Assembly: GCA_964016885.1 (NCBI GenBank)
Contig: OZ024743.1
Location: 141,484,001-141,548,000 of the forward strand
Reading direction: 5' to 3'
DNA: 64,000 nucleotides
DNA from: Eledone cirrhosa
Taxonomy: Eukaryota
Positions 36,901 through 48,800 of the stretch are shown in pieces; position 1 is the first letter of the stretch; each line of letters starts with the position of its first letter. Under the pieces are notes generated by a model, which was given only the letters and a program-made list of their open reading frames with translations, made no database searches and was not told where the DNA came from. The position numbers and the translations under genes are program-made.

Positions 36901-39900
36901 GCTTGGTGCTTGGTGCTGAGTGTTTGGTGCTTGGTGCTTGGTGTTTGGTGCTTGGTGATTGGTGCTTGGTGTTTGGTCCTTGGTGCTTGGTGCTTGGTCT
37001 TTGGTGCTTGGGTTTTGGTGTTTGGTGCTTGGTGCTTGGTGTTTGGTGTTTGGTGCTTGGTGCTTGGTGCTTGGTGTTTGGTGCTTGCTGCTTGGTGCTT
37101 GGTGTTTGGTGCTTGGTGCTTGGTGATTAGTGTTTGGTGATTGGTGCTTGGGGTTTGGTGTTTGGGGCTTGGTGTTTGGTGCTTAGTGCTTGCTGTTTGG
37201 TGTTTGGTGTTTGGTTCTTGGTGCTTGGTGTTTGGTGTTTGGTGTTTGGTGCTTGGTGTTTGGTGCTTGGTGTTTGGTGCTTGGTGCTTGGTGTTTGGTG
37301 CTTGGTGCCTGGTGCTTGTTGTTTGGTGTTTGGTGCTTAGTGCTTGGTGTTTGGTGTTTGGTGCTTGGTGCTTGGTGGCTGGTGTTTGGTGCTTGGTGTT
37401 TGGAGTTTGGTGCTTGGTGCTTGGTGCCTGGTGTTTCGTGCTTGGTGCTTGGTGCTTGGTGTTTGGTGTTTGGTGCTTGGTGTTTGGTGTTTGGTACTTG
37501 GTGCTTGGCGCTTGGTGCTTGGTGTTTGGTGCTTGGTGTTTGATGCTGCGTGCTTGGTGTTTGGTGTTTGGTGCTTGGTGCTTGGTGTTTGGTGTTTGGA
37601 GCTTGGTGCCTGGTGCTTGTTGCTTGGTGTTTGGCACTTGGTGCTTGGTTCCTGGTGTTTCGTGCTTGGTGCTTGGTGCTTGGTGTTTGGTGTTTGGTGC
37701 TTGGTGTTTGGTGTTTGGTACTTGGTGCTTGGTGCTTGGTGCTTGGTGTTTGGTGCTTGGTGTTTGATGCTGCGTGCTTGGTGTTTGGTGTTTGGAGCTT
37801 GGTGCCTGGTGCTTGTTGCTTGGTGTTTGGCGCTTGGTGCTTGGTGTTTGGTGTTTGGTGCTTGGTGCTTGGTGCTTGGTATCTGGTGTTTGGTGCTTGA
37901 TGTTTGGTGTTTGGTGCTTGGTGTTTGGTGTTTGGTGCTTGGTGCTTGGTGTTTGGTGCTTGGTGCTTGGTGTTTTGTGTTTGGTGCTTGGTGCTTGGTG
38001 CCTGGTGCTTGGTGCTTGTTGTTTGGTGCTTGGTGCTTGGTGATTAGTGTTTGGTGCTTGGTGCTTGCGGTTTGGTGTTTGGTGCTTGGGGTTTGGTGCT
38101 TGGTGCTTGGTGCTTGGTGTTTGGTGCTTGGTGCTTGGTGTTTGGTGCTTGGTGCCTGGTGTTTGTTGTTTGGCGTTTGCTGTTTGCTGTTTGGTGTTTG
38201 GTGCTTGCTGTTTGGTGCTTGGTGCATGGTGTTTGGTGTTTGGTGTTTTGTGCTTGGTGCTTGGTGTTTGGTGCTTGGTGCTTGGTGCTGGGTGTTTGGT
38301 GCTTGGTGCTTGGTGTTTGGTGCTTGGTGCTTGGTGCTTGGTGTTTGGTCCTTGGTGCTTGGTGCTTGGTATTTGGTGCTTGGGTTTTGGTGTTTGGTGC
38401 TTGGTGCTTGGTGTTTGGTGCTTGGTCTTGGTGCTTGGTGCTTGGTGTTTGGTGATTGCTGCTTGGTGCTTGGTGTTTGGTACTTGGTGCTTGGTGATTA
38501 GTGTTTGGTGATTGGTGCTTGGGGTTTGCTGTTTGGTGCTTGGTGTTTGGTGCTTGGTGCTTGCTGTTAGGTGTTTGGTGTTTGGTTCTTGGTGCTTGGT
38601 GTTTGGTGTTTGGTGTCTGGTGCTTGGTGCTTGGTGCTTGGTGTTTGGTGCTTGGTGCTTGGTGCTTGGTGTTTGGTGCTGCGTGCTTGGTGTTTGGTGT
38701 TTGGTGCTTGGTGCCTGGTGCTTGTTGTTTGGTGTTTGGTGCTTAGTGCTTGGTGTTTGGTGTTTGGTGCTTGGTGCTTGGTGGCTGGTGCTTCGTGCTT
38801 GGTGTTTGGAGTTTGGTGCTTGGTGCTTGGTGCCTGGTGTTTGGTGCTTGGTGCTTGGTGCTTGGTGTTTGGTGCTTGGTGCTTGGTGCTTGGTTATTAG
38901 TGTTTGGTGCTTGGTGCTTGGGGTTTGGTGTTTGGTGCTTGGTGCTTTGTGTTTGGTGTTTGCTGTATGGTGTTTGCTGTTTCGTGTTTGGTGTTTGCTG
39001 TTTGGTGTTTAATGCTTGGTGCTTGGTGCTTGGTGTTTGGTGCTTGGTGCTTGGTGCTTGGTGTTTGGCGTTTGCTCTTTGCTGTTTGGTGTTTGGTGCT
39101 TGCTGTTTGGTGTTTGGTGTTTGGTGTTTGGTGTTTGGTGCTTGCTATTTGGTGCTTGGTGCTTGGTGTTTGGTGTTTGGTGCTTGGTGTGTGGTGTTAA
39201 GTGTTTGGTGCTTGGTGCTTGGTGTTTGGTGCTTCGTGCTTGGTGCTTGGTGTTTGGTGCATGGTGCTTGGTGTTTGGCGCTTGGTGCCTGGTGCTTTGT
39301 GCTTGGTGCTAGGTGCTTGGTGCTTGGTGTTTGGTGCTTGGTGCTTGGTGCTTGGTTATTAGTGCTTGGTGCTTGGTGCTTGGTGTTTGGTGCTTGGTGC
39401 TTGGTGGCTGGTGTTCGGCGCTTGGTGTTTGGATTTTGGTCCTTGGTGCTTGGTGCTTGGTGTTTGGTGTTTGGTATTTGGTGCTTGGTGCTTGGTGCTT
39501 GGTGTTTGGTGGTTGGTGCTTGGTGCTTGGTGTTTAATGCTGCGTGCTTGGTGTTTGGTGTTTGGTGCTTGGTGCTTGGTGTTTGGTGATTGGAGCTTGG
39601 TGCCTGGTGCTTGTTGTTTGGTGCCTGGTGCTTGTTGTTTGGTGTTTGGTGCTTGGTGCTTGGTGTTTGGTGCTTGGTGCTTGGTGCTTGATGTTTGGTG
39701 CTTGGTGCTTGGTGTTTGGTGCTTGGTGCTTGGTGCTTGGTGCTTGGTGTTAGGTGTTTGGTGCTTGGTGCTTGGTGTTTGATGTTTGGTCCTTGGTGCT
39801 TGGTGTTTGGTGTTTGGTGCTTGGTGCTTGGTGTTTGGTGTTTTGTGTTTGGAGTTTGGTGCTTGGTGTTTGGTGCTTCGGGCTTGGTGCTTGGTGTTTG

Positions 39901-40117
39901 GTGCTTGGTGCTTGGTGTTTGGTGCTTGGTGCCTGGTGCTTGGTGTTTGGTGCTTGGTGCTTGGTGTTTGGTGATTGGTGCTTGGTGTTTGGTGCTTGGT
40001 GCTTGGTGCCTGGTGCTTGGTGTTAGGTGTTTGGTGCTTGGTGCTTGGTGTTTGATGTTTGTTCCTTGGTGCTTGGTGTTTGGTGTTTGGTGCTTGGTGT
40101 TTGGTGTTTGGTGTTTG
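24907..40117 (+). repeat. 7.6-kb head-to-tail duplication (~24907-32497 and ~32498-40117), largest higher-order repeat in the window
   Basis: ORF pairs 25147/32739, 26715/34307, 28423/36015 and 29745/37337 (offset 7592), then 30413/38047, 30867/38501 and 32120/39754 (offset 7634). A few substitutions distinguish the copies, e.g. 27985 T vs 35577 G and 27215 G vs 34807 T. Confidence 0.93.
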
Positions 40118-42849
40118 GTGCTTGGTGCTTGGTGTTTGGTGCTTGCTGCCTGCTGCATGGGTTTTGGTGCTTGGTGATTGGTGCTTGGTGTTTTGCGCTT
40201 GGTGCTTGGTGTTTGGTGTTTGGTGTTTGGTGCTTGGTGCTTGGTGCTTGGTGCTTGGTGTTTGGTGCTGCGTGCTTGGTGTTTGGTGTCTGGAGTTTGG
40301 TGCTTGGTGCTTGGTGCCTGGTGTTTCGTGCTTGGTGCTTGGTGCTTGGTGTTTGGTGTTTGGTGCTTGGTGTTTGGTGCTTGGTGCCTGGTGCTTGGTG
40401 TTTGGTGCTTGGAGCTTGGTGTTTGGTGATTGGTGCTTGGTGTTTGGTGATTGGTGCTTGATGCTTGGTTCTTGGCGTTAGGTGTTTGGTGCTTGGTGCT
40501 TGGTGTTTGATGTTTGGTCCTTGGTGCTTGGTGTTTGGTGTTTGGTGCTTGGTGCTTGTTGTTTGGTGTTTGGTGCTTGCTGCTTGCTGCTTGGTGTTTG
40601 GTGCTTGGTGTTTTGTGCTTGATGCTTGGTGTTTGTTGTTTGGTGCTAGGGGCTTAGTGTTGGTGCTTGGTGTTTGGTGCTTGGTGCTTGCTGTTTGGTG
40701 TTTGGTGCTTGGTGCGTGGGACTTAGTGTTTGGTGTTTGGTGCTTGGTGTTTGGTGCTTGGTGTTTGGGGCTTGGTGTTCGGTGCTTGGTGCCTGGTGCT
40801 TGGGGCTTGGTGTTTGGTGTTTGGTGCTTGGTGCTTGGTGTTTGATGTTGGGTCCTTGGTGCTTGGTGCTTGGTGTTTGGTGCTTGGTGTTTGGTGCTTG
40901 GTGCTTGATGTTTGGTGTTTGGTTCTTGGTGCTTGGTGTTTGGTGTTTGGTGTTTGGTGCTTGGTGCTTGGTGCTTGGTGTTTGGTGCTTGGTGCATGGT
41001 GCTTGGTGCTGCGTGCTTGGTGTTTGGTGTTTGGTGTTTGGTGCCTGGTGCTTGTTGTTTGGTGTTTTGTGCTTAATGCTTGGTGTTTGGTGTTTGGTGC
41101 TTGGTGCTTGGTGGCTGGTGTTTGGTGCTTGGTGTTTGGAGTTTGCTGCTTGGTGCTTGATGCCTGGTGTTTCGTGCTTGGTGCTTGGTGCTTGGTGTTT
41201 CGTGTTTGGTGCTTGGTGTTTGGTGCTTGGTGCTTGGTGCTTGGTGCTTGGTGTTTGGTGCTTGGTGTTTGATGCTGCGTGCTTGGTGTTTGGTGTTTGG
41301 TGCTTGGTGCTTGGTGTTTGGTGTTTGGAGCTTGGTGCCTGGTGCTTGTTGTTTGGTGTTTGGTGCTTGGTGCTTGGTGATTGGTTTTTGGTGCTCGGTG
41401 CTTGGTGCTTGGTATCTGGTGTTTGGTGCTTGATGTTTGGTGTTTGGTGCTTGCTGCTTGGCGCTTGGTGTTTGGTGTTTGGTGCTTGGTGCTTGGTGTT
41501 TGGTGCTTGGTGTTTGTTGTTTGGTGCTTGGGGTTTGGTGTTTGGTGCTTGGTGCTTGGTGGCTGGTGTTTGGTGCTTGGTGTTTGGAGTTTGGTGTTTG
41601 GTGCTTGGTGCCTGGTGTTTCGTGCTTGGTGCTTGGTGCTTGGTGTCTGGTGTTTGGTGCTTGGTGTTTGGTGTTTGGTACTTGGTGCTTGGGGCTTGGT
41701 GCTTGGTGTTTGGTGCTTGGTGTTTGATGCTGCGTGCTTGGTGTTTGGTGTTTGGTGCTTGGTGCTTGGTGTTTGGTATTTGGAGCTTGGTGCCTGGTGC
41801 TTGTTGTTTGGTGTTTTGTGCTTGGTGCTTGGTGTTTGGTGTTTGGCGTTTGGTGCTTGGTGCTTGGTATCTGGTTTTTGGTGCTTGATGTTTGGTGTTT
41901 GGTGCTTGGTGCTTGGTGCTTGGTGTTTGGTGTTTGGTGCTTGGTGCTTGGTGTTTGGTGCTTGGTGTTTGGTGTTTCGTGTTTGATGCTTGGTGTTTGC
42001 TGCTTGGTGCTTGGTGCTTGGTGTTTTGTGTTTGGTGCTTGGTGCTTGGTGCCTGCTGCTTGGTGCTTGGTGCTTGTTGTTTGGTGCTTGGTGCTTGGTG
42101 ATTAGTGTTTGGTGCTTGGTGCTTGCGGTTTGGTGTTTGGTGCTTGGGGTTTGGTATTTGGTGCTTGGTGCTTGGTGTTTGGTGCTTGGGGCTTGGTGCT
42201 TGGTGTTTGGTGCTTGGTGCTTGGTGTTTGGTGCTTGGTGCTTGGTGTTTGGTGTTTGGCGTTTGCTGTTTGCTGTTTGGTGTTTGGTGTTTGCTGTTTG
42301 GTGTTTGCTGTTTGGTGTTTGGTGTTTGGTGCTTGCTGTTTGGTGCTTGGTGCTTGGTGTTTGGTGTTTGGTGTTTGGTGCTTGGTGCTTGGTGTTTGGT
42401 GCTTGGTGCTTGGTGCTGGGTGTTTGGTGCTTGGTGCTTGGTGTTTGGTCCTTGGTGCTTGGTGCTTGGTGCTTGGTGCTTGCTGTTTGGTGTTTGGTGT
42501 TTGGTTCTTGGTGCTTGGTGTTTGGTGTTTGGTGTTTGGTGCTTGGTGCTTGGTGCTTGGTGTTTGGTGCTTGGTGCTTGGTGATTAGTGTTTGGTGATT
42601 GGTGCTTGGGGTTTGGTGTTTGGTGCTTGGTGTTTGGTGCTTGGTGCTTGCTGTTTGGTGTTTGGTGTTTGGTTCTTGGTGCTTGGTGTTTCGTGTTTGG
42701 TGTTTGGTGCTTGGTGCTTGGTGCTTGGTGTTTGGTGCTTGGTGCTTGGTGCTTGGTGTTTGGTGCTGCATGCTTGGTGTTTGGTGTTTGGTGCTTGGTG
42801 CCTGGGGCTTGTTGTTTGGTGTTTGGTGCTTAGTGCTTGGTGTTTGGTG

Positions 42850-45800
42850 TTTGGTGCTTGGTGCTTGGTGGCTGGTGCTTGGTGCTTGGTGTTTGGAGTT
42901 TGGTGCTTGGTGCTTGGTGCCTGGTGTTTCGTGCTTGGTGCTTGGTGCTTGGTGTTTGGTGTTTGGTGTTTGGTGTTTGGTGTTTGGTACTTGGTGCTTG
43001 GTGCTTGGTGTTTGGTGCTTGGTGTTTGGTGATTGGTGCTTGGTGCTTGGTGCTTGGTGCTTGGTGTTAGGTGTTTGGTCCTTGGTGCTTGTTGTTTGGT
43101 GTTTTGTGCTTGGTGCTTGGCGTTTGGTGTTTGGCGCTAGGGGCTTGGTGCTTGATGCTTGGTGTTTGGTGCTTGGTGCTTGCTGTTTGGTGTTTGGTGC
43201 TTGGTGCGTGGGACTTAGTGTTTGGTGTTTGGTGTTTGGTGTTTGGTGCTTGGTGTTTGGTGCTTGGTGCTTGGTGTTTGGTGTTTGGTGCTTAGTGCTT
43301 GGGGCTTGGTGTTTGGTGCTTGGTGTTTGGTGTTTGGTGCTTGGTGCTTGGTGTTTGGCGCTTGGTGCTTGGTGCTTGGTGTTTGGTGCTTGGTGCTTGG
43401 TGCTTGGTGCTTGGTGATTAGTGTTTGGTGCTTGGTGCTTGGTGCCTGGTGCTTGGTGTTTGGCGCTTGGTGCTTGGTGCTTGGTGTTTGGTGCTTGGTG
43501 CTTGGTGCTTGGTGCTTGGTGATTAGTGTTTGGTGCTTGGTGCTTGGTGCCTGGTGCTTGGTGTTTGGTGCTTGGTGTTTGGTGCCTGGTGCTTGGTGTT
43601 TGGTGTTTGGTGCTTGGTGCTTGGGGCTTGGTCTTTGGTGCTTAGTGTTTGGTGCTTGGTGTTTGGTGCTTGGTGCTTGGTGCTTGGTGTTTGGTGTTTG
43701 GTGTTTGGTGCTTGGTGTTTGGTGCTTGGTGCTTGGTGCTGGGTGGTTGGTGTTTGGTGTTTGGTGCTTGGTGCTTCGTGCTTATTGTTTGGTGCTTGGT
43801 GCTTGGTGCTTGGTGCTTGGTCTTTGGTGCTTGGTGTTTGGTGTTTGGTACTTGGTGCCTGGTGTTTGGCGCTTGGTGCTTGGTGCTTGGTGTTTGGTGC
43901 TTGGTGTTTGGTGCTTGGTGATTAGTGTTTGGTGCTTGGTGCTTGGTGCCTGGTGCTTGGTGCTTGGTGCTTGATGTTTGGTGCTTGGTGCTTGGTGATT
44001 AGTGTTTGGTGCTTGGTGCTTTGGGTTTGGTGTTTGGTGCTTGGGGTTTGGTGTTTGGTGCTTGGTGCTTGGTGTTTGGTGCTTGGTGCTTGGTGTTTGG
44101 TGCTTGGTGCTTTGTGTTTGGTGCTTGGTGTTTGGTGCTTGGTGCTTGGTGCTTGGTTCTTGGTGTTAGGTGTTTGGTGCTTGGTGATTGGTGTTTGATG
44201 TTAGGTTCTTGGTGCTTGGTGTTTGGTGCTTGCTGCTTGGTGCTTGGTGTTTTGTGTTTGGAGTTTGGTGCTTGGTGTTTGGTGCTTCGGTCTTGGTGTT
44301 TGGTGTTTGGTGCTTGGTGCCTGGGGCTTGTTGTTTGGTGTTTGGTGCTTAGTGCTTGGTGTTTGGTGTTTGGTGCTTGGTGCTTGGTGGCTGGTGCTTG
44401 GTGCTTGGTGTTTGCAGTTTGGTGCTTGGTGCTTGGTGCCTGGTGTTTCGTGCTTGGTGCTTGGTGCTTGGTGTTTGGTGTTTGGTGCTTGGTGTTTGGT
44501 GTTTGGTACTTGGTGCTTGGTGCTTGGTGTTTGGTGCTTGGTGTTTGATGCTTGGTGCTTGGTGCTTGGTGCTTGGTGTCAGGTGTTTGGTGCTTGGTGC
44601 TTGGTGTTTGATGTTTGGTCCTTGGTGCTTGTTGTTTGGTGTTTGGTGCTTCGTGCTTGGTGTTTGGTGTTTGGTGCTTGCTGCTTGCTGCTTGGTGTTT
44701 GGTGCTTGGTGATTGGTGCTTGGTGTTTTGTGCTTGGTGCTTGGTGTTTGGTGTTTGCTGCTAGGGGCTTGGTGCTTGATGCTTGGTGTTTGGTGCTTGG
44801 TGCTTGCTGTTTGGTGTTTGGTGCTTGGTGCGTGGGACTTAGTGTTTGGTGTTTGGTGCTTGGTGTTTGGTGCTTGGTGTTTGGTGCTTGGTGCTTGGTG
44901 TTTGGTGTTTGGTGCTTGGTGCTTGGGGCTTGGTCTTTGGTGCTTAGTGTTTGGTGCTTGGTGTTTGGTGCTTGGTGCTTGGTGCTTGGTGTTTGGTGTT
45001 TGGTGTTTGGTGCTTGGTGTTTGGTGCTTGTTGCTTGGTGCTGGGTGGTTGGTGTTTGGTGTTTGGTGCTTGGTGCTTGGTGCTTATTGTTTGGTGCTTG
45101 GTGCTTGGTGCTTGGTGCTTGGTCTTTGGTGCTTGGTGTTTGGTGTTTGGTGCTTGGTGCCTGGTGTTTGGCGCTTGGTGCTTGGTGCTTGGTGTTTGGT
45201 GCTTGGTGTTTGGTGCTTGGTGATTAGTGTTTGGTGCTTGGTGCTTGGTGCCTGGTACTTGGTGCTTGGTGCTTGATGTTTGGTGCTTGGTGATTAGTGT
45301 TTGGTGCTTGGTGCTTTGGGTTTGGTGTTTGGTGCTTGGGGTTTGGTGTTTGGTGCTTGGTGCTTGGTGTTTGGTGCTTGGTGCTTGGTGTTTGGTGCTT
45401 GGTGCTTTGTGTTTGGTGCTTGGTGTTTGGTGCTTGGTGCTTGGTGCTTGGTGCTTGGTGTTAGGTGTTTGGTGCTTGATGATTGGTGTTTGATGTTAGG
45501 TTCTTGGTGCTTGGTGTTTGGTGCTTGGTGCTTGGTGCTTGGTGTTTGGTGTTTGGTGCTTGCTGCTTGGTGCTTGGTGTTTTGTGTTTGGATTTTGGTG
45601 CTTGGTGTTTGGTGCTTCGGTCTTGGTGTTTGGTGTTTGGTGCTTGGTGCTTGGTGTTTGGTGTTTGGTGCCTGGTGCTTGGTGTTCGGTGCTTGGTGTT
45701 TGGTGTTTGGTGATTGGTGCTTGGTGTTTGGTGCTTGGTGCTTGGTGCTTGGTGCTTGGTGTTAGGCGTTTGGTGCTTGGTGCTTGGTGTTTGATGTTTG

Positions 45801-48800
45801 GTCCATTGTGCTTGGTGTTTGGTATTTTGTGCTTGGTGCTTGGTGTTTGGTGTTTGGTGCTTGGTGCTTGGTGTTTGGTGTTTGGTGCTTGCTGCTTGCT
45901 GCTTGGTGTTTGGTGCTAGGGGCTTGGTGCTTGGTGTTTCGTGTTTGGTGCTTGGTGCTTGGTGTTTGGTGTTTGGTGCTTGGTGCGTGGGACTTGGTCT
46001 TTGGTGCTTGGTGTTTGGTGCTTGGTGTTTGGTGCTTGGTGCCGGGTGCTTAGTGTTTGGTGTTTGGTGCTTGGTGTTTGGTGCTTGTTGTTTGGTGCTT
46101 GGTGTTCGGTGCTTGGTGCTTGGTGCTTGGTGCTTGGTGTTTGGTGTTTGGTGCTTGGTGATTGGTGTTTGATGTTTGGTCCTTGGTGCTTGGTGTTTGG
46201 TGTTGTGTGCTTGGTGATTGCTGCTTGGTGTTTGGTGCTTGGTGATTGGTGCTTGGTGTTTGGTGCTTGGTGGTTGGTGCTTGGTGTTTGGTGTTTGGTG
46301 CTAGGTGCTTGGTGCTTGGTGTTTGGTGCTTGGTGCTTGGTGTTTGGTGTTTGATGCTTGGTGCTTGGGGCTTGGTGTTTGGTGCTTGCTGCTTGGTGTT
46401 TGGTGCTTGCTGCTTGGTGTTTGTTGTTTGGTGTTTGGTGCTTGGTGTTTGGTGCTTGGTGCTTGGTGCTGGGTGGTTGATGTTTGGTGCTTGGTGCTTG
46501 GTGTTTGGTGCTTGGTGCTTGGTGCTTAGTGTTTGGTGCTTGGTGCTTGGTGCTTGGTGCTTGGTCTTTGGTGCTTGGTGTTTGGTGTTTGGTGTTTGGT
46601 GTTTGTGCTTGGTGCTTGGTGCTTGGTGCTAGGTGCTTAACGCTTGGTGTTTGGTGCTTGGTGCTTGGTGCTTGGTGATTAGTGTTTGGTGATTGGTGCT
46701 TGGGGTTTGGTGTTTTGTGTTTGCTGTTTGGTGTATGCGGTTTGGTGTCTGCTTTTTGGTGTTTGGTGTTTGCTGTATGGTGTTTGCTGTTTTGTGTTTC
46801 GTGTTTGCTGTTTGGTGTTTGGTGCTTGGTGCTTGGTGCTTGGTGTTTGGTGCTTGGTGCTTGGTGCTTGGTGTTTGGCGTTTGCTGGTTGCTGTTTGGT
46901 GTTTGGTGTTTGCTGTTTGGTGTTTGCTGTTTGGTGTTTGGTGCTTGGTGCTTGGTGGCTGGTGTTCGGCGCTTGGTGTTTGGATTTTGGTCCTTGGTGC
47001 TTGGTGCTTGGTGTTTGGTGTTTGGTATTTGGTGCTTGGTGCTTGGTGCTTGGTGTTTGGTGGTTGGTGCTTGGTGCTTGGTGTTTAATGCTGCGTGCTT
47101 GGTGTTTGGTGTTTGGTGCTTGGTGCTTGGTGTTTGGTGATTGGAGCTTGGTGCCTGGTGCTTGTTGTTTGGTGCCTGGTGCTTGTTGTTTGGTGTTTGG
47201 TGCTTGGTGCTTGGTGTTTGGTGCTTGGTGCTTGGTGCTTGATGTTTGGTGCTTGGTGCTTGGTGTTTGGTGCTTGGTGCTTGGTGCTTGGTGCTTGGTG
47301 TTAGGTGTTTGGTGCTTGGTGCTTGGTGTTTGATGTTTGGTCCTTGGTGCTTGGTGTTTGGTGTTTGGTGCTTGGTGCTTGGTGTTTGGTGTTTTGTATT
47401 TGGAGTTTGGTGCTTGGTGTTTGGTGCTTCGGGCTTGGTGCTTGGTGTTTGGTGCTTGGTGCTTGGTGTTTGGTGCTTGGTGCCTGGTGCTTGGTGTTTG
47501 GTGCTTGGTGCTTGGTGTTTGGTGATTGGTGCTTGGTGTTTGGTGCTTGGTGCTTGGTGCCTGGTGCTTGGTGTTAGGTGTTTGGTGCTTGGTGCTTGGT
47601 GGCTGGTGCTTGGTGCTTGGTGTTTGGAGTTTGGTGCTTGGTGCTTGGTGCCTGGTGTTTCGTGCTTGGTGCTTGGTGCTTGGTGTTTGGTGTTTGGTGT
47701 TTGGTGCTTGGTGTTTGGTGCTTGGTGTTTGGTGATTGGTGCTTGGTGCTTGGTGCTTGGTGCTTGGTGTTAGGTGTTTGGTCCTTGGTGCTTGTTGTTT
47801 GGTGTTTTGTGCTTGGTGCTTGGCGTTTGGTGTTTGGCGCTAGGGGCTTGGTGCTTGATGCTTGGTGTTTGGTGCTTGGTGCTTGCTGTTTGGTGTTTGG
47901 TGCTTGGTGCGTGGGACTTAGTGTTTGGTGTTTGGTGTTTGGTGTTTGGTGCTTGGTGTTTGGTGCTTGGTGCTTGGTGTTTGGTGTTTGGTGCTTAGTG
48001 CTTGGGGCTTGGTGTTTGGTGCTTGGTGTTTGGTGTTTGGTGCTTGGTGCTTGGTGTTTGGCGCTTGGTGCTTGGTGCTTGGTGTTTGGTGCTTGGTGCT
48101 TGGTGCTTGGTGCTTGGTGATTAGTGTTTGGTGCTTGGTGCTTGGTGCCTGGTGCTTGGTGTTTGGCGCTTGGTGCTTGGTGCTTGGTGTTTGGTGCTTG
48201 GTGCTTGGTGCTTGGTGCTTGGTGATTAGTGTTTGGTGCTTGGTGCTTGGTGCCTGGTGCTTGGTGTTTGGTGCTTGGTGTTTGGTGCCTGGTGCTTGGT
48301 GTTTGGTGTTTGGTGCTTGGTGCTTGGGGCTTGGTCTTTGGTGCTTAGTGTTTGGTGCTTGGTGTTTGGTGCTTGGTGCTTGGTGCTTGGTGTTTGGTGT
48401 TTGGTGTTTGGTGCTTGGTGTTTGGTGCTTGGTGCTTGGTGCTGGGTGGTTGGTGTTTGGTGTTTGGTGCTTGGTGCTTCGTGCTTATTGTTTGGTGCTT
48501 GGTGCTTGGTGCTTGGTGCTTGGTCTTTGGTGCTTGGTGTTTGGTGTTTGGTACTTGGTGCCTGGTGTTTGGCGCTTGGTGCTTGGTGCTTGGTGTTTGG
48601 TGCTTGGTGTTTGGTGCTTGGTGATTAGTGTTTGGTGCTTGGTGCTTGGTGCCTGGTGCTTGGTGCTTGGTGCTTGATGTTTGGTGCTTGGTGCTTGGTG
48701 ATTAGTGTTTGGTGCTTGGTGCTTTGGGTTTGGTGTTTGGTGCTTGGGGTTTGGTGTTTGGTGCTTGGTGCTTGGTGTTTGGTGCTTGGTGCTTGGTGTT

